Position numbers and translations under genes: made by a program
In this document: in pieces, positions 53,218-64,000 of the stretch
Layout of the letters: each line of letters opens with the position of its first letter
Position numbering within the stretch: the stretch's first letter is position 1
Assembly (NCBI RefSeq): GCF_028641065.1
Contig: NW_026576843.1
Span: 1-64,000, forward strand
DNA from: Leucoraja erinacea
Lineage: Eukaryota
Direction of reading: 5' to 3'
DNA length: 64,000 nt
The notes under the pieces: generated by a model
Databases searched by the model: none
Seen by the model: the letters and a program-made list of their open reading frames with translations, nothing else
What the model was told of the DNA's origin: nothing

Positions 53218-54240
53218 ACAATAGACAATAGGTGTGGGAGTAGGCCATTCGGCCCATCGAGCTAGCACCACCATTCAATGTGGTCATGGCTGATCATCCA
53301 CAATCAGTATCCCGTTCCTGCCTTCTCCCCATATTCCTTGATTCCGCTTGGGCCCTGTGGGTAGCAAAATGGTGTAGGTTCACCAGGTTAATTCCCAGGA
53401 TGGCGGGACTGTCATATGCTGAGAGAATGGAGCGATTGGGCTTGTACTCTCTGGAGTTTAGAAGGATGAGAGGGTTTCTTATTGAAACACAAGATTAAGG
53501 GTTTGGACACGCTAGAGGCAGGAAACATGTTCCTGATGTTGGGGGAATCCAGAAACAGGGGCCACACAGTTTAAGAATAAGGGGCAAGCCATTTAGAACG
53601 GAGATGAGGAAATACTTTTTCTTACAGAGAGTGGTGAGTGTGGAATTCTCTGCCTCAGAGGGCGGTGGAGGCCGGTTCTCTGGATACGTTCAAGAGAGAG
53701 CTAGATAGGGCTCTTAAAAACAGCGGAGTCAGGGAATATGGGAGAAGGCAGGAACGGGGTACTGATTGGGGATGATCATCCATGATCACATTGAATGGTG
53801 GTGCTGGCTCGAAGGGCCGAATGGCCGACTCCTGCACCTATTGTCTATTCACGTATCAGGTCGAGACCCTTCTTCAGACTGATGGGGGGGGGGGGGGGGA
53901 GGGGAAGAAGAAAGGAAGAGGCGGAGACAGTGGACTGTGGGAGAGCTGGGAAGGGGAGGGGAAGGAGGGAGAAAGCAGGGACTACCTGAAATTGGAGAAG
54001 TCAATGTTCATACCGCAGGGGTGTAAACTGCCCAAGCGAAATATGAGGTGCTGCTCCTCCAATTTGCGATGGGCCACACTCTGGCCATGGAGGAGGCCCA
54101 GGACAGAAAGGTCGGATCCAGAATGGGAGGGGGAGTTGAAGTGCTGAGCCACCGGGAGATCAGGTTGGTTATTGCGAACCGAGCGGAGGTGTTGGGGGAA
54201 GCGATTGCCCAGTCTACGTTTGGTCTCACCGATGTATAAA
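53218..54240. mobile_element. CR1 fragments plus Penelope GIY-YIG fragment (minus)
   Basis: Paralog of 14220-15075. Confidence 0.8.
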
Positions 54241-54294
54241 CGTCAACTACCATGATACCAACACAATACCCCCAGCTTTAACTGGCCTCCAGGT

Positions 54295-54331
<37 letters not shown>

Positions 54332-54739
54332 GTCTCATGTCTGGAAAATTGAAGGCTCCAAAACCAAAAAAGAGAGAGATTTCACCAACTCATTTTTTAA
54401 TTAATTGACCAAACGTGATGACAAATCGGCAAAGGATTATTCCACTGATACGGGATTCACCGACAGAGATTCACGGGTTGGATTCGGAGACAGAGGGGCG
54501 ATCGGCCTGGATGTTGTCAGGTAGATATTCTAGGGTATCGTTCAAATCTTCTTCACCCAGCCTGTCATGACGTCCCTTTGTAACAGAGACCTGTGGGGAG
54601 AGTGTTACCTTTTTAAAAAAAAATTCAAAATAGACTTTATTCAAGTAATCAATATATAGAATACAGGAACTGTGCAAAAAATAATAATTCATCCTACATT
54701 CTCAGAGGCTATTCATTCATAAATCAGGTTAGGTTAGGT

Positions 54740-55200
54740 AAGGGGGAGGTGCAGCGAGACCTGGGCATCCTTGTACACTTGTCACTGAAAGTTGGCATGC
54801 AGGTACAGCAGGCAGTGAAGATAGCTAATGGAATTTTGGCCTTCATAACAAGAGGATTTCAGTATGGTAGAGAGGTCCTTCTGCAGTTGTATAGTCCAGA
54901 ACCAAGGGGTCACACAGTTTAAGAATAAGGAGTAAGCCATTTAGAACGGATATGAGGATACACTTTTTCACACAGGGAGTTGTGAGTCTGTGGAATTCTC
55001 TGCCTCAGAGGGCGGTGGAGGTCGGTTCTCTGGATACTTTCAAGAGAGAGCTAGATAGGGCTCTTAAAGATAGCAGAATCTGGGGATACGAGGAGAAGGC
55101 AGGAACGGGGTACTGATTGTGGATGATCAGCCATGATCACATTGAATGGCAGTGCTGGCTCGAATGGCTGAATGGCCTACTCCTGCACCTATTGTCTATT
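54740..55200 (+). mobile_element. CR1 fragments
   Basis: Paralog of 15570-15970 and 30770-31220. Confidence 0.8.
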
Positions 55201-58200
55201 GCTTTGTCTCTGCTCTGGAACAGCTAAAGGGTGGACTTGGCTGGACTCAAATCCCCGTGGAACCAGAGATGGGGGTATGACATGGGCCTAAGGAGCAGGG
55301 TTTCAAAATATCACTCATTCCTTCCCTCCAGAGATGCTGCCAGAGCTACTCCAGTATTTTGTGTCCATCCTTAAAGGACTCTTGGATCTTGTTGGCAGCT
55401 GGAGAGACATACCTCTTCATCATCATCAGCTTCTGTTGAACGAACCTCTTCCCGCTCTTCAAGGAGGACCTCAGTGTCCTGAAGCAACAGAGAAGGTGTG
55501 GTCAAAGATCCTAGAGCGGAGCAAGATAGACTACTCATGCAAAACTGATGTGTAGTACACAACGGTCAGCCATGATCACATTGAATGGCGGTGCTGGCAC
55601 GAAGGGCCGAATGTCCGATTCCCGCAACCACCCCCCCCCCCCCCCCCCCCCCCCCCCCACCACCTGCACGGTGGCGCAGCAGCAGAGTTGCTGCCTCACA
55701 GCACAAGAGCCCTGGGTTCGATCCCGACTATGGGTGCTGTCAGTACGGAGTTTGCACGTTTTCCCGTGACCAGTTTTCTTTCTACCCAGAGATGCTTCCT
55801 GTCCTGCCGAGTTACTCCAGCACATAGTTTGGTTCAGATTAGAGATATAGCACAGAAACAGGCCCTTCGGCCCACCAGGTCCGTGCCGACCAGCGATCCC
55901 CACACACTAACACTATCTTACACACACTGGGGACGGTTTTTACATTTATGAAGACAATTTACCTACAAAGCTGCACGTCTTTGGAGTGTGTGAGGAAACC
56001 GAAGATCTCGGAGAAAATCCACGCAGGTCACGGGGAGAACGTGCAAACTCCATACAGACAGCGCCCGTAGTCGGAATCAAACCCAGGTCTCCATTGCTGC
56101 ATTCGCTGTAAGGCAGCAACTCTACCGCTGCGCCCTTACTATATATTTTTTTAAACTTTGTGGCTAGTCCACTACAAAATGAAATGGAGGTGAACTCACC
56201 AGGGAAGGGCACTGTTTGTGGTTGTTATTGGTGGCCAAAGAACGGCCTTCCTCCGACAGGGCGCCAACTGACTCGATCTGATCCAAGTCTCCCTGTGGAT
56301 TAGATAATAGACAATAGGTGCAGGAGTAGGCCATTCGGCCCTTCGAGCCAGCACCGCCATTCAATGTGATCATGCCCAATCAGTACCCCGTTCCTGCCTT
56401 CTCCCCATATCCCCCGACTCCACTATTTTTAAGAGCCCTATCTAGCTCTCGCTTGAAAGTATCCAGAGAACCGGCTTCCACCACCCTCTGAGGCAGAGAA
56501 TTACACAGACTCACAACTCTCTGTGTGAAAAAGTGTTTCCTCGTCTCCGTTCTAAATGGGTTACCACATTCTTAAACTGTGTGTGGCCCCTGGTTCTGGA
56601 CTCCCCCAACATCGGGAACATGTTTCCTGCCTCAGCGTGTCCAAACCTTTAATAATCTTATATGTTTCAATAAGATCCCCTCTCTTCCTTAATTGAATGA
56701 CGGTGCTGGCTCGAAGGGCCGAATGGCCTACTCCAGCACCTATTGTCTATTCCTTGGAGCGCAGGAGCCTGAGAAGTGATCTTATAGACGTGTGTTAGAT
56801 CATGAGGGGAATAGAAAGGGTGAATGTACAAACTCCATTACCCTTGGGAGGGTGAAGTCAAGAAGCAGAGGACATAGGTTTCAGGAGTAGAGTTGCCAAC
56901 TGTCCTGTGTTAGCCGGGACATCCCGTATATTGGGCTAAATTGGTTTGGCCCTTGTCCCGTATTTGACCGTTGCTACTCGGGTCGAGGGGTCTGTCAGGT
57001 CGGACCCCGCCTCACCCGTCCCGATGTAGTGCAGCCCATGGAGTGCAGCAGCAGCACCTCGCCCGTGGCCCCGTCGGTCGGTCGACAGCCCGGTCAGCTG
57101 TCCGCCCTCGGACCTTCGCTGACCGCCGACACCACCGCCCCTCCTTCTCACGGTTCATGAGTTGGACGGGGCAACGGACTGTGCATTCGGCACCCGGGCC
57201 AAAACTCCTCAGCTGCCCCGCCGCTATAAGGCTCGTGTGGAATAAAATTTTCCAGCAGTAGTACAAAGAAAAAAAAAAAAAAAATTCAATGCCAACTCAC
57301 CTTATTCACCAGCACACGGAATGATAGCCTAGCCATATAACAAATTCACACGACCTGATTACAAAAAATCAACGCACCCGTGGCCACGGAAATAATAAAA
57401 AAAAAGTTCAGAAAATTTGTTCAGAGCACATAAGATCGAGGACCATTGGCATTTGATATCATATAAACGGGAGTAAAAACAATAACGAAAAAAACAATTT
57501 AACCGTCTTGCAGTATTACTGGGGGCCCGACGTGTCGTCAATAACCTAAAATATTTTAAAACCCCCTTGTAAAATGTTAAGTACCTATTCCTCATGCCCC
57601 ACAATAATGTTTTCTTTCCAAATGGATTGGCTAATAAACCGTATATTTGTTAAACAGACACCACCTGAGACCAATTCAGTCGTCTTAAATTCACAATGGA
57701 ATCCTGCCGAATTCAGGAGTTCTCACAGCCCAGGAACGAGATTGAATGGGGAATCGGAGAGTTTGCAGATAATTTCACACAATTGGTGATTGACCATTGC
57801 GGGGAAGAAGTGGTGCAAATTGCAACACTAACAAGGAGATTGATGGGAGAGTTTGCAGATAATTCACACAATTGATTTGATTGAAATCTGCTTGCAGGGT
57901 AAGTGGTGCAAATTGCAACACTAACAAGGAGTGTTTACACCAGAAAACATCACAGTTTAAGAATAAGGGGGAGGCCATTTAGGACTGAGATGAGGAAAAA
58001 CATTTTCACCCAGAGAGTTGTGAATCTGTGGTATCAGCGAGTATGTAGGCTAGAACTCATGCACACGTGAAAACTAGCGATTACTAAACACATTTTAAAC
58101 CTCCAGGCTTTAAAAATGTTAAAATTTATGATTTTGTTGGGGTGTTTTAAACAAATGAATTTTTTTTTTAAACTTCGGTATTTAAAACTTCAGAATGTTA

Positions 58201-59361
58201 AAACTAATGAAGTTTTTTTGTTTTAAACAAATTATATTTTTGTTTCAAACTTCAGAATTTGAAACTTCAGAGTTAAAAGTGTTAAAACCAATTATTTTTT
58301 TTTGGTGTTTTAAACAAATTATTTTTTTCCAAACTTCCGAATTTAAAATATTAAAACTAATGTCGACCGCGCTTTTGCGGTTGCAGCTCCTAGACTGTGG
58401 AACAGCATCCCTCCTCCCATCACAACTGCCCACTCCATCGACTCCTTTAAAGTCAAGACTTAAAACTCATAATAATAATATTTTATTGTCATTGCACAAC
58501 GAGATTAGGTTTGCAACTTCCATCCAATAGTCATAACTTAAACAGCTAATAAAATTTACATTTAGATACCCCGAGAAACATGATTTATAAAAAGAGCAGT
58601 AAAACAATAAAACAGTCAAAAGAGTCTAAGGTGCAAATGTGTCTGTGCCGGGTTGATGTGTGACGTGACCATCCGAGGGAGACAGTTCATGGGGTGGGGG
58701 GCACTCAGCAGGGCCGGTTCAGAGCAGCTTTCAAGCCTTTTTTGACTTCCTCTGAGGGAGGGCTATATGTATGTAATGATGTATGTATTTAATCTATGAA
58801 GCACTGTTGTATAACATTAGTACCTCCAACAATGTAAAGCCCTTTGGCCAACGCGAGTTGATTTTTAAATGTGCTATATAAATAAAAGTGACTTGACTAA
58901 CGATATGAAGTTTTTTTTGGTTTAAAGGAATGATCTTTTTGTTTCAAACTTCAGAATTTAAAAATTCTAAATTTAAAATGCTAAAACTAATGACGTTTTT
59001 TTTTTAAACAAATGAATTTTTTTTTTCAAACTTCAGAATTTAAAATGTTAAAACTAATGAAATAAAGCTTTTTGTTTTAAACAAATGCATTTTAAACTTG
59101 AGAATTTCAAACTATTAAAATTTCAGAATTTACTTTTAAAGTTCAGAATTTAAATATTCAGAATTTTCTTTTTAAGTTCAGAATTTAAAATTTCAGAATT
59201 TTGTTTGAAACTTAGGAATCTTTAAAAATTCAGAATTTAATTAAAAAAAGTTCAGAGTATTCGAAAAATAAAAACTTTGCAATTCTCAAAATATCCAGAA
59301 TTCAAAATCACACCTGCAAGAATGACTGCTGGTCACCACAGACTCGGTGGGTTAATGTAAA

Positions 59362-62300
59362 ACTGCTTCTTATAGGATTCCAGCAGTGTAGACGCTGCTA
59401 AGCGTATTACTGCCCTCCACAGGTCAAAGTTTGAACTAAATTCTTACATACAGGCCTGTAACTTGCAGGAATTGAAGAACAGCCCTGGATATCAGTTGAT
59501 GATTCTCACTGTGTCCAAACAAAGATGAAACAGTAAAAGCCTCAACTCCAAGTCCTGTCAGTCTAACAAACAATACTTTTCTTTCTACCCTGTACTATTT
59601 ACATTCTAGGAAAACATGCTTAACTGTCTCATTACTCCCACATTCACACACGCCAGAAACATGTTTCCCTACAATGCACAAATACTCATTTAAGGCACAG
59701 TGTCCCAACCTCAATCTACACAGTTTAACTGAGTCCCTACAGGACAGAGATGTACAGAAACATATTTTCCTAACTTCAGATTGTATAGAAAAGTAGTGTC
59801 TACCCCCGACTTCCATTTCCCATCCTCTCTGCCATTCTTTTGTTAAGCCCTCTTTAATTATTTCTCTCAGTTCCACTCTCCCCAATGATACATGGATATC
59901 TATTTCTCTTCTTAAACTCTCCTTTGCTATGAGGTCCACCTGCTCATTCCCCCTCACCCCAGCATGCCCGGGAACCCAGCAAAAAGTGATGTTACACGCA
60001 AACCCAATTCTAGAAAACACACTCAAGATTTCATTTAGAATGTCAGGACGAGCTTTAGATTTCCCTACTCTTAAAGTTTCAAGAGCAGCTGCAGAATCCG
60101 AACAGATAATTACTTCTCTAAAACTGGCTTCCTCAATCCACCATAGAGCCCATTGAATTGCCATTAATTCAGTCGTGAGAACAGAGCTTCCATCAGAAAT
60201 GTGCCGGCCAATCTTCAACCCAAGCTGCTCCACATACACTCCAAACCCAGCTCTCCCACTAACTGGATCTTTAGATCCATCTGTAAAAACAATCCAAGTG
60301 CTCTCACTGATTGAATTAAGATATTCCACTATTCTTGGAGTCATCTCGCGCTTATATTTTTCCTGAAGAAAAGTAAGCTCAATAAACAGTTCAGGAAGAA
60401 CTCAATAGGGCACAGGTAGCCTTATTGTATGCTCTATAATACCCCCTTGTTCCAAACCCAGCTTCCTAGCCCACTGATTTATAATGACAAAAAATGTGTT
60501 ATATTTGTTACCATCATCAACCTCTTGCAACAAACAACTTGCTGGGAAGGTATCATTACACCCACAAAGTTTAGCCCAGTAATGTAGCCCTAGCTTAATG
60601 CACCTTAACCATAAGGGCATTTCTCCCATTCCAACAAAGGGCAGGGACTGGGGAAGTCCTGAAGGCTCCATAGCAAGGCCTCAAAGCCTTTGCCTGCAAC
60701 ACATCTAGCCTAGCCAGAACAGTTTTAGATGCAGACCCATACACAAAACACCCATAGTCAAGAGAAGATCTGATCATGGCCTGATAAATTAGCAGCATTG
60801 TCTCCCTGTTGCCCCCCCCCCCCCCACTCACACCCAACCAGACTTCTCATAACATTCAGAACTTTTTCACACTTCAACACAATTTTACCCACATGCACAG
60901 CCCAAGTCATACGCTCTTCAAACCAAACACCCAAAAACTTAAAAACCTTTACCTTCTCCAATAGAGACCCATACATATACAGCCATAACTTATGTAACTT
61001 TCTTTTAAAACCAAATACCATATATTTAGTCTTAGAGGCAGAGATTTTAAAGCCCCATGTGTTCCCCCATTCCTCTACAGACACTAACACTCTTTAACCA
61101 TATAACCATATAACAATTACAGCACGGAAACAGGCCATCTCGGCCCTACAAGTCCGTGCCGAAAAACTTTTTTTCCCCTTAGTCCCACCTGCCTGCACTC
61201 ATATCATAACCCTCCATTCCCTTCTCATCCATATGCCTATCCAATTTATTTTTAAATGATACCAACGAACCTGCCTCCACCACTTCCACTGGAAGCTCAT
61301 TCCACACCGCTACCACTCTCCGAGTAAAGAAGTTCCCCCTCATGTTACCCCTAAACTTCTGTCCCTTAATTCTGAAGTCATGTCCTCTTGTTTGAATCTG
61401 TTTTAAAACAAACTCTACATTATGACCTCTTTTCCAGATGGCCCCGTCATCTGCAAACAAAGACAGACCAAATCCTCTCTCTAATTTACAAAATATGTCG
61501 TTTATCATGATATTAAATAAAACTGGACTGATAACACTTCCCTGCGGGGTTCCATTCTCTATTTCTAGTCTATGAGCTGACACTTCCAACCATTACTTGT
61601 ATTGTTCTATTCAATAAAAAACCTTAATCCAGTTGAACATTCGTCCCCCGACTCCCAAGTCAAAAATTTTAATCATTAATCCCTCCTTCCACAAAGAATC
61701 ATATGCCTTCTCAATATCAAGGTATACACTCACTACTGTTTCCTTGCTTCTAAATGCCCTTTTAATATCCTGATCCAAAACTGATACAGACTCCATTGTA
61801 GACCTTCCATTCCTAAAGCCATTCTGTATATCAACAAATAGTCCTCTGGTTTCTAAAAAATAAACTAGTCTGTTGGTTACCATCCTCTCCATAATTTTAC
61901 AGAGCACTGCTGTGAGCGCTATAGGGCGATATGAACTAGGGTCAGATGCCTCTTTGCCCGGTTTTAAAATAGGGACCACGACTGCATGTTTCCATTCCTT
62001 TGGTAAATAACCCTCTGCCCACACAGTATTAAACAAAGCTAAGATTTCATCAAGTACAGTATCATCCAGATGTTTAAATAACTCATACGACAACCTATCT
62101 CTCCCCGGGGTGGTATTTGCCCCAGACATAATTGCATCCTTCAACTCTTTTATGGTAAAAAACAGATTAAAGGTATTATCATTTACTAAACTCCTCTCCA
62201 GCTTCCACTGATTAACTGCCATCAGCTCAGTTCTCTTTCTACACCTCTCCACTCCCATGCTCTCTGATCTATGCACTGCTTGAAAACTGTCAACACACGT

Positions 62301-62515
62301 CTGCTTTTTCCTTATTGGAGACTGCTACCACCTCACCCTTCTGCAACACTGGTAACAAACTTCTTTGATATACTCCTGACATTCTACGCACAGCTGACCA
62401 CAAATGCCTTACTGGAGATTCCGGGCCTAGTGTACCACAAAACTTCCTCCAACTATTCCTCTTTGCATCCTTTACAACTCGTCTTGCTACTGCCCTTAGC
62501 CACTTGAATGTAAAC
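59362..62515 (-). mobile_element. Nimb/I-group retrotransposon copy in unit C
   Basis: Near-identical to the unit A copy, including the CR1 insert at 61096-61390. Confidence 0.9.
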
Positions 62516-62814
62516 CTTCAAGACCCCCTCCCCCCTAATAAAGTCCCTTCAAATAAAAAAATTACCTTCAAATGAAACCTCAGAACCCTTAACAACTTCC
62601 AGAATAGGCTGGAACAAATTGCAACACAAACAACACTGAACATCCCACCATCTTCCTTACCAGCATTGCAGACCTGAGATCTCACCTCTCACTGTGTGTG
62701 AGTGGGTGTGTGTTAGTGAGTGTTAACCCAGATGCATTCACTCTCATTAACTACAGCCACTCCCACACACTTACTATGGGAGTGCAACAGTTTCTTAAAG
62801 TGGTCCTCATTTGC

Positions 62815-63572
62815 TTTCCAGGTGAGGCAGAGGTTCACCTGCACCTCCCCCAACCTCATCTATTGCATCCGCTGCTCTAGGTGTCAGCTGCTCGACATCA
62901 GTGAGACCAAGCGCAGGCTTGGCGATCGTTTCACCCAACACCTCCGCTCGGTTCTATCGCAATAACCAACCTGATCTCCCGGTGGTTCAGCACTTGAACT
63001 CCCCTCCCATTCCCAATCCGACCTTTCTGTCCTGGGCCTCCTACATGGCCACAGTGAGTCCCATTGCAAATTGGAGGAGCAGCACCTCATATTTCACTTT
63101 GGGTAGTTTACACCCCAGCGGTATGAACATTGACTTCTCCAATTTCAGGTAGTCCCTGCTTTCTCCCTCCTTCCCCTCCCCTTCCCAGCTCTCCCACAGC
63201 CCACTGTCTCCGCCTCTTCCTTTCTTCTTCTTCCCCCCCCCCCCCCACATCAGTCTGAAAAAGGGTCTCGACCCGAAACGTCACCTATTCCTTCCTTCCA
63301 TAGATGCTGCCTCACCCGCTGAGTTTCTCCAGCATTTTCCCAGCCTAACTCATTTCCTTTGATGTAGGGAGGAACTGCAGATGCTGGTTTACACCGAAGA
63401 TGGACACATAATGCTGGTGTAACTCAGCGGGACGGGCAGCATCTCTGGAGAGAAGGAATGGGTGACGTTTCGGGTCGAGACCCTTCTTCAGACTGTGAAA
63501 CGTCACCCATTCCTTCTCCCCATAGATGCTGCCTGCCCCGCTGAGTTACTCCGGCATTTTGTGACTATCCTT
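62815..63572 (+). mobile_element. Penelope GIY-YIG 3' end plus palindromic derivative (intact hammerhead core 63464-63491, minus)
   Basis: Paralog of 21022-21772. Confidence 0.85.
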
Positions 63573-64000
63573 TGATGTGGAGTTGAATTGTGGTTTAAAA
63601 CATTGTGTATAAATGGAGGCATTACTGCCTCACAGCGCCAGAGACCCAGGTTCGATCCTGACCACGGGTGCTGNNNNNNNNNNNNNNNNNNNNNNNNNNN
63701 NNNNNNNNNNNNNNNNNNNNNNNNNNNNNNNNNNNNNNNNNNNNNNNNNNNNNNNNNNNNNNNNNNNNNNNNNNNNNNNNNNNNNNNNNNNNNNNNNNNN
63801 NNNNNNNNNNNNNNNNNNNNNNNNNNNNNNNNNNNNNNNNNNNNNNNNNNNNNNNNNNNNNNNNNNNNNNNNNNNNNNNNNNNNNNNNNNNNNNNNNNNN
63901 NCAGCATTTTGTGTCTATCTTCGGTTTAAACCAGCATCTGCAGTTCCTTCCCGACGAACGTTTCTCCATTGCAGTTAGTGGGCCGCTGTTTTTTGCAAGT

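Larger units (their letters stand above)
43768..64000. repeat. Segmental duplication unit C (runs off the window end)
   Basis: Colinear with units A and B; 63902-64000 matches 42123-42220 and 22509-22608. Confidence 0.85.

Noticed and set aside
57215-57850. Novel unit-C-specific insertion
   Set aside because: It reads as a noisy, stuttered version of unit B 35530-35800 with homopolymer runs and partial repeats. Most likely low-quality consensus sequence.

Overview
Eukaryotic, repeat-rich vertebrate DNA, most likely an elasmobranch (skate/ray/shark). The basis is HE1-type V-SINEs, HER1/CR1 LINE 3' ends and Penelope elements. The window has five N-gaps. It opens with the last four coding exons of a FAM102/EEIG-family gene (+). 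The remainder is three tandem 16-21 kb duplication units: A ~7.0-22.7 kb, B ~22.7-43.8 kb, C ~43.8 kb to the window end. Each unit carries a six-exon RING/B-box/coiled-coil/B30.2 (PRY-SPRY) TRIM gene on the minus strand and the same dead Nimb/I-group RT-RNaseH retrotransposon. TRIM copies 1 and 2 are intact (470 and 471 aa). Copy 3 has a frameshift in the B-box. The three B30.2 domains differ mainly in their variable loops, and the units are mosaics of one another. Other notable items: an apparently orphan first exon of a SAPCD-family gene, a captured BCL7 N-terminal fragment, readable duplication junctions, an inversion-deletion ending exactly at a hAT MITE end, a conserved GTCACGTGAC element upstream of each TRIM ATG, and Penelope hammerhead ribozyme motifs. 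The FAM102 + SAPCD + B30.2-TRIM combination suggests an MHC or MHC-paralogous segment. All homology calls come from motif recognition by eye, not from database searches.
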